IMG/VR virus record: IMGVR_UViG_2778261667_000017
Source: a virus
Lineage: Duplodnaviria > Heunggongvirae > Uroviricota > Caudoviricetes
Direction: 5' to 3' (one strand)
Length of the DNA stretch: 64,000 nt
Part shown: in pieces, positions 1-9,776 of the stretch
Layout of the letters: each line of letters begins with the position of its first letter
Position numbering within the stretch: position 1 is the first letter of the stretch
Made by a program: the position numbers and the translations under genes
Notes under the pieces: model-generated
What the model was told of the DNA's origin: nothing
What the model saw: only the letters and a program-made list of their open reading frames with translations
The model's database searches: none

Positions 1-338
1 CGAATCTGGCACCGCGCTATGCCATTGATGCTCCTGCTGATGCACACGATGGCTCAAGTCGCCCGACACTGTCACTGAGTGCACTGCTGAAACAGTATGG
101 TATCTGCCTGACGGCTAATCAGGCATATCACCAGATGGCGAAGCTGGGGATCGTCGAGCAGCGCGAACGATACAGCCGTACCGCGATTAACAACATCAAA
201 AAATTCTGGTCGCTGACAGCGAAAGGCTGCATGTTCGGCAAGAACATCACCAGTCCTGCAAATCCACGCGAGACGCAGCCGCATTTCTTCGAATCCCGAT
301 TCCCTGAGCTGTTAAAGCTGCTCGATACCGTTCATTGA
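1..338 (+). CDS. hypothetical phage protein, 3' partial (open frame runs from window start to stop at 336..338)
   Basis: Frame 3 is open with no stop from position 3 to 338 on my reading; function not recognised. Confidence 0.4.
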   Translation, partial: NLAPRYAIDAPADAHDGSSRPTLSLSALLKQYGICLTANQAYHQMAKLGIVEQRERYSRTAINNIKKFWSLTAKGCMFGKNITSPANPRETQPHFFESRFPELLKLLDTVH

Positions 339-339
339 G

Positions 340-1335
340 GTGACCGTGAGAGCACTACTGACCCCTGAAATTGCCCCGCGTATGGGGATCGTATTGTTCA
401 GACCAGGTACAGAGCTGATGCCCCTGTTTATGCAGGGGCGTGTCCTGCTGGAGCCTGAGCCAGAACGTTATTCATCTTTCGCCAGTGGTGCCGTTCCGGC
501 GGCATCACAACCGCTGGCGGATGATCCTGCCGTTCGGGCCGTGTTCCGCTATGAGGCAGTGATCCGTCGTGCTGGTGGCGTGGAATGTCTTGAAAGCTGG
601 TTACTTCGTGAAAAGGGCTGTCAGTGGCCTCATTCCGACTGGCACAGCGAGAACATGACCACAATGCGGCACGCTCCGGGAGCAATCCGTCTGTGCTGGC
701 ACTGCGATAACCAGCTGCGCGATCAGTTCACGGAACGGCTGGAAACAATGGCAACGGATAACTGTGCCCGCTGGGTGTTGTCTGTTGTGCGTCGGGATCT
801 CGGTTTTGATGACAGTCACGTTGTGACAATGCCGGAACTGTGCTGGTGGCTGATTCGTAATGATCTGGCGGATGCCTTACCGGAAAGTGCAGCCCGTAAG
901 GCACTGAGATTACCGAAGCCTGTTGTGCCGTCTGTCACCCGGGAAAGTGACCTTGTGCCTTCGGTTCCTGCCACCAGCATCATCCTGGATAAGGCGAAAA
1001 AGGTGCTGGCGCTGAAAGTGGATCCGGAGTCGCCGGAGTCTTTTATGTTACGCCCCAAACGTCGCCGCTGGGTTAATGAAAAGTACACGCGCTGGGTTAA
1101 GACACAGCCGTGTGCATGTTGTGGAAGGCCCGCTGATGATCCCCATCACCTGATAGGTTACGGTCAGGGTGGAATGGGAACAAAAGCGCATGACCTTTTT
1201 GTGTTGCCTTTGTGCAGAAAGCATCACGACGAGCTGCATGCGGATACCGTGGCATTTGAAGAGAAGTATGGCTCCCAGCTGGAGCTGATATTTCGTTTTA
1301 TCGATCGTGCGCTGGCAATTGGCGTGCTGGCCTGA
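340..1335 (+). CDS. DUF968-like lambdoid prophage protein with Cys/His-rich C-terminus
   Basis: 331 aa ORF; C-terminal CACCG...HH...CRKHH motif; resembles the YdfU-type proteins found upstream of Q in lambdoid prophages (from memory). Confidence 0.55.
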   Translation: MTVRALLTPEIAPRMGIVLFRPGTELMPLFMQGRVLLEPEPERYSSFASGAVPAASQPLADDPAVRAVFRYEAVIRRAGGVECLESWLLREKGCQWPHSDWHSENMTTMRHAPGAIRLCWHCDNQLRDQFTERLETMATDNCARWVLSVVRRDLGFDDSHVVTMPELCWWLIRNDLADALPESAARKALRLPKPVVPSVTRESDLVPSVPATSIILDKAKKVLALKVDPESPESFMLRPKRRRWVNEKYTRWVKTQPCACCGRPADDPHHLIGYGQGGMGTKAHDLFVLPLCRKHHDELHADTVAFEEKYGSQLELIFRFIDRALAIGVLA

Positions 1336-1352
1336 TTTTGTGGAGAAAGTTG

Positions 1353-1709
1353 ATGCGTGATATGTATGAAGTATTGGACCGCTGGGGAGCATGGGCTGCA
1401 GCAGAAAATAGTGGTGTGGACTGGCAGCCGATAGCGGCTGGTTTCAAGGGACTTTTACCACACGGTAAAAAGTCACGTCTCCAGTGTGATGATGATGAAG
1501 GCATCATGATAGACGGTTGTGTGGCTCGGTTGCGAAAGTATAAACCAGAGGAATATGAGCTGCTCATAGCTCACTTTGTTATTGGTATCTCATTACGCAC
1601 TATTGCCAAGAAGAGAAGATGTTCAGATGGCACAATTAGGAAGGAATTGCAGACTGCCATGGGGTTTGTTGACGGCTGTTTAGCAATGTTAGCTTATAGT
1701 ATGGCATAA
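1353..1709 (+). CDS. late-gene antiterminator Q (QuuD-like)
   Basis: Starts MRDMYEVLDRWGAWAA; paralogous to the ORF at 41671..42048; GGAG ribosome-binding site upstream of ATG 1353; ORF track start 1338 is a TTG extension. Confidence 0.8.
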   Translation: MRDMYEVLDRWGAWAAAENSGVDWQPIAAGFKGLLPHGKKSRLQCDDDEGIMIDGCVARLRKYKPEEYELLIAHFVIGISLRTIAKKRRCSDGTIRKELQTAMGFVDGCLAMLAYSMA

Positions 1710-2903
1710 AAAATAAAATAGATTTACTGCCGATTTTTCAAAAAAGACTGGGAACTGTTTATATCCAACGTAAATAAGGCCTCCATAAAACATGGCTGAT
1801 GCGAGATATTTAACAGTTCTCATCCTTTTTTTAGCTTTATCAATCAAACCTGTAATGCTACTCTTAATACTATCTGCATTATCTTTGATTTCTTTATTTT
1901 CTTCAAACTTTAAATACTTATCGAAAGCGGACTCCACTCGAGAACGTAAGTTGTCGAATGTTTCATTGAATATCTCAATAGAAATGTAATTGACTTTTTT
2001 TATCATCCAAAGTCCTGCGATAATCAATATTGCTTCGGTTGTTTCATTAGCCTTCACTAAGCCACCAGCTGCTATTAATGCACCGGGAATAGTCAATGCT
2101 TTTGTCTGATTAGATGATATGAATTCGTTAATTTTACTCGTGAACTCAAGATTTTTCTCATCGAGTTCGTTAAGAATTTTATTTACAGAAAACCTCTTTG
2201 TGTAAATCTCATATAGTTCATCATATTTTTTTCTGACGAGTTCAGTAGAGTTAAGCAAGTCAAAGAAATTGAATGTACCATTTGCTTTAAATACTTCGTT
2301 TATGGCTGAACGTATAACGAGCTTGCGCTCGCTTTTGTGTAAATCATTGATTTTTATTGTGTCGAGAAGCTCCTTTATAATTTCATATTTAAGAGACGAG
2401 TTCGATAAGCGATTAATCTCGCTATATTGTAAAAAATGCGTGAGTTCGACTGTATAACTTTTGTCTTCATTGGTGAAAAATAAGACAGAGCAGTCACTGT
2501 TATGATGATCAGCAATTAATGAAAGGATATCTTTCCACATAAAGAAAATATGGATTTTTTCGATGCTTTCATTCTTAGAAGTAGGGAGTATTAACGGCGT
2601 TCCGATGATATAATTTTTCGGAAGAGCGTTTTGGGTGTTTACTCTAGACCAAAAAGACTCAACATTCTCATAAATTATAGCGTCATCCCAAGATGAAGCT
2701 TGGCGATCTAGCCAAATTTCATTATTTTCGATGCAGTTTGTTGCCTTTTTATAACCTATAGATTGTAACAGTCTAATTATTTCAGAACTATTTACAATAA
2801 CAATGCTTTCTTCAAGACTTATGACAGTGTAGTAGCCCTCAACTCTGCTTGAGGCTCCGTTAATAATCTGCGCTAATCTTGATAAGTCATCAGCAATTGT
2901 CAT
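1689..2903 (-). CDS. hypothetical protein with hydrophobic helical segments in the C-terminal third, second gene of the cassette
   Basis: 404 aa ORF; hydrophobic stretches ALTIPGALIAAGGLV, AILIIAGLWMI and YLASAMFYGGLIYVGY; 3' end converges on and overlaps Q by about 21 nt. Confidence 0.7.
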   Translation of the reverse strand: MTIADDLSRLAQIINGASSRVEGYYTVISLEESIVIVNSSEIIRLLQSIGYKKATNCIENNEIWLDRQASSWDDAIIYENVESFWSRVNTQNALPKNYIIGTPLILPTSKNESIEKIHIFFMWKDILSLIADHHNSDCSVLFFTNEDKSYTVELTHFLQYSEINRLSNSSLKYEIIKELLDTIKINDLHKSERKLVIRSAINEVFKANGTFNFFDLLNSTELVRKKYDELYEIYTKRFSVNKILNELDEKNLEFTSKINEFISSNQTKALTIPGALIAAGGLVKANETTEAILIIAGLWMIKKVNYISIEIFNETFDNLRSRVESAFDKYLKFEENKEIKDNADSIKSSITGLIDKAKKRMRTVKYLASAMFYGGLIYVGYKQFPVFFEKSAVNLFYFLCHTIS

Positions 2904-2905
2904 TA

Positions 2906-4081
2906 TTAGCTGTCTCTATATCTTTTGAGTTCATCATAATTTGCCTGACTCAATTTTATCACAATTTCGCATTTGTTGTCAGTGAGAATTACAGGCTTAT
3001 TTGACTTTTCGTCTCCAATAGCTCCACGCATTATTTTCAACTTAAAATTATTGTCGTTATCTGCCACTTCAATTGTAAGCGCGCTTTCAGCTGCTTTAGG
3101 AGTTGGTTCAAATTGAGGATCAATCTGGAAACCATTAAGATTAACAAAATCGACAAACGTTCCCTTACATTTGTGTGAATCAGTCAGGCATGAGTCAATT
3201 ATTTTTGAAATATCCTCTATCTTAACGGACTTATTTCCGTATTTATCTTTTGATTTTTTTTCCAGTAAGGATTTAACTTCATTGTCAATAGTATCACGCA
3301 GTACACGACCGAGTGAGTTTTTACTAGCAAAAATATCTATAGCACTGAATAATTGCTGAATGCTTCTTTTATTGTCCGAATCATGTCGGCAACCTAATGA
3401 GTCTTTGAAAAAATCGCTTTTAGATTTACCTTGCAAGAAATGTACATATGAGTCACCCTTGTTTTCTGGATAACTGGCTTCGAATAAAGTTAAATCGAAC
3501 ATCGCAGCCTGCCGTAAGGCATCGGTATTAATTGGATTTAATCTTGTTGGGGTCAACTTATCCGAATCAAAGTCATAGGCGCTTTGTTTATCAACCATTA
3601 CGATTAGAAGTTTTCCCAAATCCTCTGGTTCGGTAGACTTATAGTGGATGAAAACAACGCTCCCCCCCTGAAGTTGGGCAACTCTCGATTCGTTATTAGC
3701 ATTATGTTTAAGCTTCTCTATTATAGCTCTAGATAAATCAATGAATTCATTATTTTTATTAATGTATTTTTTTAGGATCGTAGGAATGGATGAAGGGTTG
3801 TGATCTGAGTCTAGGAAGTTATGAAATTTGTTTTTTCGGCTAAATTTTTTCTCAATTCTGGTTATGAATTCAGATGTGACTTCATTTTTTAGATCCCAAA
3901 CTTCACCTAATCGATAATCAAATGCTCTTGAATCATTTTTTTCAAGATTTGCTGTTACAGCACCAATAGGAAAGTACGATTGTTTGCCCAGCACTACAAC
4001 ATGAGGCGTGGCGCCGCATTTATCGCAAGCTACAGTTGGGTCGTCAAGAACATTGCCACATTCTAAACAAGTTATATCCAT
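2906..4081 (-). CDS. hypothetical protein with N-terminal C4 zinc ribbon (C5-x2-C8-x10-C19-x2-C22), first gene of an uncharacterised two-gene cassette
   Basis: 391 aa ORF, AT-rich, opposite strand to flanking late genes; stop codon 2 nt before the start of the downstream gene; no family recognised. Confidence 0.7.
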   Translation of the reverse strand: MDITCLECGNVLDDPTVACDKCGATPHVVVLGKQSYFPIGAVTANLEKNDSRAFDYRLGEVWDLKNEVTSEFITRIEKKFSRKNKFHNFLDSDHNPSSIPTILKKYINKNNEFIDLSRAIIEKLKHNANNESRVAQLQGGSVVFIHYKSTEPEDLGKLLIVMVDKQSAYDFDSDKLTPTRLNPINTDALRQAAMFDLTLFEASYPENKGDSYVHFLQGKSKSDFFKDSLGCRHDSDNKRSIQQLFSAIDIFASKNSLGRVLRDTIDNEVKSLLEKKSKDKYGNKSVKIEDISKIIDSCLTDSHKCKGTFVDFVNLNGFQIDPQFEPTPKAAESALTIEVADNDNNFKLKIMRGAIGDEKSNKPVILTDNKCEIVIKLSQANYDELKRYRDS

Positions 4082-4198
4082 TATATATCCCGAATTATAA
4101 GAATGAATTTTTATGTGGCTGAAAATTCTATCAAAACACTAACGCGTACGCAAAAAATATCGTAATCTGTTAAGTGTGCTCACTTCGCCACACAGCTT

Positions 4199-4228
4199 AA
4201 ACCCGCCATCGAGCGGGTTTTGTCGTTT
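4199..4228 (+). terminator. candidate intrinsic terminator (possible tR'-like) upstream of the holin
   Basis: Hairpin acccgc-catcga-gcgggt followed by a T-rich run. Confidence 0.4.
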
Positions 4229-4372
4229 CTGGGTCTGGGGATTCCTTGGTCCTAGCCTATCCCGCAGTTATCCATTGACTCGGCTTCTTTGACGTTTCCG
4301 CATCTGATTTGCGGTACATGATGTTTCCTCAATTTGCACCTGCTGTATCAGCGAGGTGAGAGATAACTACAA

Positions 4373-4699
4373 ATGCCTCATAACCCAAATACCTGGCTGG
4401 AGTTGGTCCAGAGCTGGTGGCGTGGAGACACACCGCTGGGCGCAGTGATTATGTCGATCGTTATGGCTGGCTTGCGCATTGCCTATTTTGGCGGTGGTGG
4501 TGGCTGGAAACGAAAAACGCTCGAGATTTTGCTCTGTGGTGCTCTGACGCTGACTTTTGCATCCGCTCTTGAGTATGTCGGATGGCCTAAATCTCTTTCT
4601 GTTGCCATTGGTGGCGGCGTTGGGCTGATCGGGGTCGATGCTATTCGTGGGGCTGCAATGAGAGTAATCGGTAATAAGTTTGGTGGCTCTAAGGAGTAA
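4373..4699 (+). CDS. holin (lambda S-like)
   Basis: 108 aa; hydrophobic helices and charged C-terminus; immediately precedes the endolysin. Confidence 0.75.
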   Translation: MPHNPNTWLELVQSWWRGDTPLGAVIMSIVMAGLRIAYFGGGGGWKRKTLEILLCGALTLTFASALEYVGWPKSLSVAIGGGVGLIGVDAIRGAAMRVIGNKFGGSKE

Positions 4700-4702
4700 T
4701 TT

Positions 4703-5179
4703 ATGCAGGTACTAAATTCCCAGCGTAAAGCTTTCCTCGATATGGTGGCATGGTCAGAAGGAACGGATAACGGGCGACAACCGACACGTAACCACGGTTA
4801 TGATGTTATTGTCGGTGGAGAACTCTTCACTGATTACTCCGATCACCCTCGCAAGCTTGTCACGCTAAACCCGAAACTCAAATCAACAGCTGCAGGCCGT
4901 TATCAACTTCTTTCGCGCTGGTGGGATGCTTACCGCAAGCAGTTAGGGCTGACAGACTTCTCTCCTAAAAGCCAGGATGCTGTTGCATTACAGCAGATTA
5001 AAGAGCGTGGCGCTTTACCGATGATTGATCGCGGCGATATTCGTCAGGCTATCGATCGTTGCAGCAATATCTGGGCGTCGTTACCTGGTGCAGGTTACGG
5101 TCAGTATGAACATAAAATCGGTGACCTGATTTTCCGGTTTAAAGAGGCTGGTGGGGTGGTAAATGAAGTTGAGCTATAA
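4703..5179 (+). CDS. endolysin, lytic transglycosylase (lambda R-like)
   Basis: 158 aa; QRKAFLDMVAWSEGTDNGRQPTRNHGYDVIVGG matches lambda R from memory. Confidence 0.9.
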   Translation: MQVLNSQRKAFLDMVAWSEGTDNGRQPTRNHGYDVIVGGELFTDYSDHPRKLVTLNPKLKSTAAGRYQLLSRWWDAYRKQLGLTDFSPKSQDAVALQQIKERGALPMIDRGDIRQAIDRCSNIWASLPGAGYGQYEHKIGDLIFRFKEAGGVVNEVEL

Positions 5180-5489
5180 GCTGGCTATCTCTGCATTCAT
5201 CTTTACTGTCATCGGTTCTTTCATCTGGTCTGCCAACCACTACTACAGCAAATATCAGCACGAAAAGAAACGTGCTGATGAGGCTGTACAAAATGCTGAA
5301 TCTGCAACAGCCATTACCCGTAACGTCCTGCAATCACTGCAAATCGTCAATACAGTTATAGAGGTTAACCAGCATGCAAAACAGCAGATCGCACTGGAGT
5401 CACAGAGAACCCAGAAAGATATCAAAGTGGCTGTTGCGGATGATGATTGTGCTGCACGCCTTGTGCCTTGTGCCTGCTGCCGCTGCTGA
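5163..5489 (+). CDS. i-spanin (Rz-like)
   Basis: N-terminal transmembrane anchor, coiled-coil-like body, overlaps the endolysin stop. Confidence 0.7.
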   Translation: MKLSYKLAISAFIFTVIGSFIWSANHYYSKYQHEKKRADEAVQNAESATAITRNVLQSLQIVNTVIEVNQHAKQQIALESQRTQKDIKVAVADDDCAARLVPCACCRC

Positions 5490-5704
5490 GCGGTTGCGGA
5501 AGTACGCGGACAGTTTACGTGAGCACTCCGGCTACAACATTACCGACTAGTCTGACTTCTGAAACACCTGTACCGTTCATACCAAATCCTCTGACGTATG
5601 GTGCCAGCCTGGAGCTGAATGTGAGTCTGTTGTCTGCACTGGCTAACTGCAATCGGGATAAAGCTGATATTCGTAAAATAGATGCAGAGAGAACTAACCA
5701 TTAA
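5447..5704 (+). CDS. o-spanin lipoprotein (Rz1-like), overlapping the 3' end of Rz
   Basis: Lipobox LSGC, proline/threonine-rich mature region, different frame from Rz. Confidence 0.6.
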   Translation: MCCTPCALCLLPLLSGCGSTRTVYVSTPATTLPTSLTSETPVPFIPNPLTYGASLELNVSLLSALANCNRDKADIRKIDAERTNH

Positions 5705-5725
5705 GCAATAAAATTGTCAAATTGA

Positions 5726-6352
5726 TCAGTTGTCAAATGAATATACGTTAAAGGTATATGTCGACATAATTTCACCAAGTACCTCAATACATATACTTTT
5801 TTTATGAAAATTACTGGGAAATGAACTTAGCTCTTCAAGGTATTGCACATAAGTGCTGATATCACTTGCATCACGTTCAAGGAATTTCACTTGGCCAAAA
5901 GAAGGAGTATTAATCCTGGTTCTTTGCTGGATTATATGGATAAAATGTGTAGTTGGTGAAACTATTACTCTTGAAATATCGGAAATGATGTCTTCTTGAA
6001 CTTGCCGATAAAGTAAATCCTTTGGGTAATGGTGTTTTATCTCGATGGTTGCAACATTGCCATTATGTTCAGACGTTAATATCGACTGGTTATAAAGTGA
6101 TATGTCAACAGCGCCGATACCGAGTTTTGGATGCTCACTTAAAGCAGTTAGTGTGCTGATTTGATTGAGTATAACAACTAACTCATCACGTATTTGTGTT
6201 TCATGTTTGCGATTGTAGAAGTAGCCATTCAGTTCATTTAACTTTTTATGCATCCTATCGTGACTAATTGCTTCGATCAGTAAATCCTGAATCATACTTT
6301 TCTCTAGGTAATCCGAACGGTTGTAAGTGACAGTATTGTGCTGGCATGTCAT
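5726..6352 (-). CDS. hypothetical protein (second gene of the pair)
   Basis: 208 aa ORF 43 nt downstream of 6396..6749 on the same strand; no family recognised. Confidence 0.55.
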   Translation of the reverse strand: MTCQHNTVTYNRSDYLEKSMIQDLLIEAISHDRMHKKLNELNGYFYNRKHETQIRDELVVILNQISTLTALSEHPKLGIGAVDISLYNQSILTSEHNGNVATIEIKHHYPKDLLYRQVQEDIISDISRVIVSPTTHFIHIIQQRTRINTPSFGQVKFLERDASDISTYVQYLEELSSFPSNFHKKSICIEVLGEIMSTYTFNVYSFDN

Positions 6353-6395
6353 TAATATGTAAAGGTATTGTGAATACCAGAAAGATAACGAAGTA

Positions 6396-6749
6396 TCATC
6401 GATAGAAAAACTTTACAGCCCACTCGTAAACAGCTTTGTAAATCGGTTCATGGTAAATACTATCGATACTATTCAGATGTGCGATCATCGCCTCCACAGT
6501 TGTAGTGGTTGTTTCTAATATTTCGATTATTGCAGGGCGGTCATCATCTTCATCGAAGTATTCGAACAGCAGTACAGGTTTACCATGCCATTCAGCATCT
6601 GAGACTCTAAGGTTACAACTACCGCTCAACTCAAAGTGAATTTTGTAATTACCTTCTACAGAATGGCCTACGGGGAAAAAGTATAGGGTGTCATCTTTGT
6701 TCAAAAGCCATTCCCATTCATAACTATTCATTTGTGAACTCCTGTTCAT
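6396..6749 (-). CDS. hypothetical protein (first gene of a reverse-oriented AT-rich pair)
   Basis: 117 aa ORF; acidic; no family recognised. Confidence 0.55.
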   Translation of the reverse strand: MNRSSQMNSYEWEWLLNKDDTLYFFPVGHSVEGNYKIHFELSGSCNLRVSDAEWHGKPVLLFEYFDEDDDRPAIIEILETTTTTVEAMIAHLNSIDSIYHEPIYKAVYEWAVKFFYR

Positions 6750-6881
6750 TGAGTTTCAACAACTATCAACTACATCCAGCGAAGCATAAAAGATCGTTTA
6801 TGGCAAAACCGGAATGGAGTGCGATTCGATTCTGAGAAGGATGCCACGTATCGTACGCGAACCATCCAAGAGGATTATGCA

Positions 6882-7232
6882 ATGCCCCTACGAACCCCAA
6901 AAGCCTGCCGTGTTCGCGGCTGCCGCCATACCACTACTGACCCGTCAGGCTACTGCGAAAGCCACAAAAGCGAAGGCTGGAAGCAATACAAGCCAGGCCA
7001 GTCCCGACACCAGCGCGGTTATGGTTCGAAATGGGATGTTATCCGTGAACGTGTGCTCAAGCGTGACAAAGGCCTGTGCCAGTTGTGCCTGCGTGCTGGT
7101 GTGGTGCGCGAGGCGAAAACCGTTGACCACATCATCCCTAAAGCGCATGGCGGCACTGATGCCGACTGTAATCTGCAGAGTCTGTGCTGGCCGTGTCATA
7201 AGGCGAAGACGGCCCGTGAACGGTTGAAGTGA
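6882..7232 (+). CDS. HNH endonuclease (terminase-associated)
   Basis: Cys-rich N-terminus, DHIIPKAHGG...CWPCH HNH motif; lies directly upstream of the terminase small subunit; start chosen at internal Met MPLRTPKAC. Confidence 0.8.
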   Translation: MPLRTPKACRVRGCRHTTTDPSGYCESHKSEGWKQYKPGQSRHQRGYGSKWDVIRERVLKRDKGLCQLCLRAGVVREAKTVDHIIPKAHGGTDADCNLQSLCWPCHKAKTARERLK

Positions 7233-7357
7233 TAATAATTCTCAACTGCCTGAGGGGAGGGGCGGGTCAAATCCCTGCGGCCTGACGTCTTCCGGACTGC
7301 CCGCCCCATCGTTTTTTTATACCCGCGAAAAATGAAATTTAACCAGGAGTGCCGCAT

Positions 7358-7852
7358 ATGGCTGGAACGGCGGGGCGTTCCGGGCGTCGCCCCAAGCCAA
7401 CGGCGCGCAAGGCGCTGGCCGGAAACCCCGGCAAGCGAGCCCTGAATAAAGATGAACCTGTTTTTACGCCCATCAAAGGTGTTGAGCCACCGGAGTGGTT
7501 CGCTGAAGAAGATCTCCCTCTCGCTACGATCATGTGGCAACTGACAACTAAAGAACTCTGCGGTCAGGGCCTGCTGTGCGTGACTGACCTCGCGGTGCTT
7601 GAGCGGTGGTGCGTGGCCTACGAGTTCTGGCGACGTGCCGTGAAAAATATTGCCAGACAGGGCAACACCATCACCGGTGCAATGGGCGGTATGGTCAAAA
7701 ATCCGGAGCTGACCGCCAAAAAAGAACAGGAGTCCGAGATGAGCAGTACGGGGGCAATGCTCGGACTCGACCCCAGCAGCCGCCAGCGTCTGATTGGCCT
7801 GGCGGGGCAGAAGAAAGCCACTAACCCGTTTCTGAAAATCATCGAATCATGA
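7358..7852 (+). CDS. terminase small subunit (P27 family-like)
   Basis: AGGAG ribosome-binding site 8 nt before ATG 7358; overlaps the start of the large subunit. Confidence 0.75.
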   Translation: MAGTAGRSGRRPKPTARKALAGNPGKRALNKDEPVFTPIKGVEPPEWFAEEDLPLATIMWQLTTKELCGQGLLCVTDLAVLERWCVAYEFWRRAVKNIARQGNTITGAMGGMVKNPELTAKKEQESEMSSTGAMLGLDPSSRQRLIGLAGQKKATNPFLKIIES

Positions 7853-9582
7853 GCCGGAAATCTTACCCCAACGTAAATGCTGCCAATCAGTATGCCCGTG
7901 ATGTCGTGCGCGGAAATATTGTGGCCTGCCAGTTTGTGATTCAGGCCTGCCAGCGCCATCTTGATGACCTGATGGCGGAAAAAAGTAAGTCGTTTCGTTA
8001 CCGCTTCGACAAGGACCTGGCTGAACGGGCCGCCAAATTTATTCAGCTGTTGCCACACACCAAGGGGGAGTGGGCATTCAAGAGGATGCCCATCACGCTG
8101 GAGCCGTGGCAGCTCTTTGTGATCTGCTGTGCGTTTGGCTGGGTCAATAAAGGTACCCGGCTGCGCCGCTTCCGGGAGGTGTATACCGAAATCCCCCGTA
8201 AGAACGGCAAATCGGCAATCTCTGCCGGTGTCGCCCTGTATTGTTTTGCCTGTGATAACGAGTTTGGCGCGGAAGTGTATTCCGGTGCCACGACAGAGAA
8301 ACAGGCGTGGGAAGTCTTTCGCCCGGCGCGACTGATGTGTAAACGCACACCCATGCTGACGGAAGCGTTCGGGATTGAGGTTAACGCCTCAAACATGAAC
8401 CGTCCGGAGGATGGCGCGCGGTTTGAACCGCTGATCGGTAACCCCGGTGATGGTTCATCACCCCACTGTGCGGTGGTGGATGAATATCACGAGCACGCCA
8501 CCGATGCGCTTTACACCACGATGCTTACCGGGATGGGGGCGCGACGTCAGCCACTGATGTGGGCCATTACTACTGCAGGGTACAACATTGAGGGGCCGTG
8601 CTACGACAAGCGACGGGAAGTTATCGAGATGCTCAACGGGTCGGTACCCAACGATGAACTGTTCGGGATCATCTATACCGTTGACGAAGGCGATGACTGG
8701 ACCGACCCGCAGGTGCTGGAAAAAGCCAACCCGAATATTGGCGTGTCGGTTTATCGCGAATTTTTGTTAAGTCAGCAGCAGCGTGCGAAAAATAACGCCC
8801 GTCTGGCAAACGTCTTTAAAACAAAACACCTCAATATCTGGGTGTCGGCGCGTTCGGCGTATTTCAACCTGGTGAGCTGGCAGAGCTGCGAGGATAAATC
8901 ACTGACCCTTGAGCAGTTCGAGGGGCAGCCGTGCATTCTGGCCTTTGACCTGGCGCGTAAGCTGGATATGAACAGTATGGCGCGACTTTATACCCGCGAG
9001 ATTGACGGTAAAACGCATTACTACAGTGTGGCTCCGCGCTTCTGGGTACCGTATGACACGGTGTACAGCGTCGAGAAAAATGAAGATCGCCGGACAGCCG
9101 AACGCTTTCAGAAATGGGTGGAAATGGGCGTTCTGACCGTTACCGCTGGTGCGGAGGTGGATTATCGCTACATCCTCGAGGAGGCCAAAGCGGCGAACAA
9201 AATCAGCCCGGTCAGCGAGTCACCCATCGACCCCTTCGGGGCGACCGGGCTCTCACATGACCTTGCTGATGAAGACCTGAACCCCATCACTATCATTCAG
9301 AACTACACCAACATGTCCGACCCGATGAAAGAGCTGGAAGCGGCAATTGAATCGGGGCGCTTTCATCATGATGGCAATCCCATCATGACCTGGTGTATCG
9401 GCAACGTGGTCGGCAAAACCATTCCGGGTAACGATGATGTGGTGAAGCCCGTCAAAGAGCAGGCGGAAAACAAAATCGATGGTGCAGTTGCGCTGATTAT
9501 GGCGGTTGGCAGAGCCATGCTGTACGAGAAAGAAGACACGTTGTCTGACCACATTGAGTCCTATGGGATCCGCTCGCTTTAA
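7849..9582 (+). CDS. terminase large subunit
   Basis: 577 aa; ATPase and nuclease-type layout; position between small subunit and portal. Confidence 0.9.
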
Positions 9583-9593
9583 CTGAGGTAATT

Positions 9594-9776
9594 ATGATCA
9601 TGCTGATTCTCGCGCCTCTGGTGGGCGTGCTGGGGGCGCTTTTGCTGGCGTATGGTGCCTGGCTGATTTATCCCCCGGCGGGGTTTGTTGTTGCCGGGGC
9701 GTTGTGCCTGTTCTGGTCGTGGCTGGTGGCGCGATATCTTGACCGTACACAGTCGTCTGTCGGCGGAGGTAAATAG
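9594..9776 (+). CDS. small hydrophobic protein
   Basis: 60 aa, two hydrophobic segments. Confidence 0.35.

Noticed and set aside
72-284. 70 aa minus-strand ORF at the window start
   Set aside because: It lies entirely inside a plus-strand frame that is open from the window edge to 338, which is more plausibly the 3' end of an upstream phage gene.
4199-4228. Possible tRNA or small RNA in the intergenic region upstream of the holin
   Set aside because: Only a single short hairpin with a T-run; no cloverleaf-compatible arms found by eye; called as a terminator instead.
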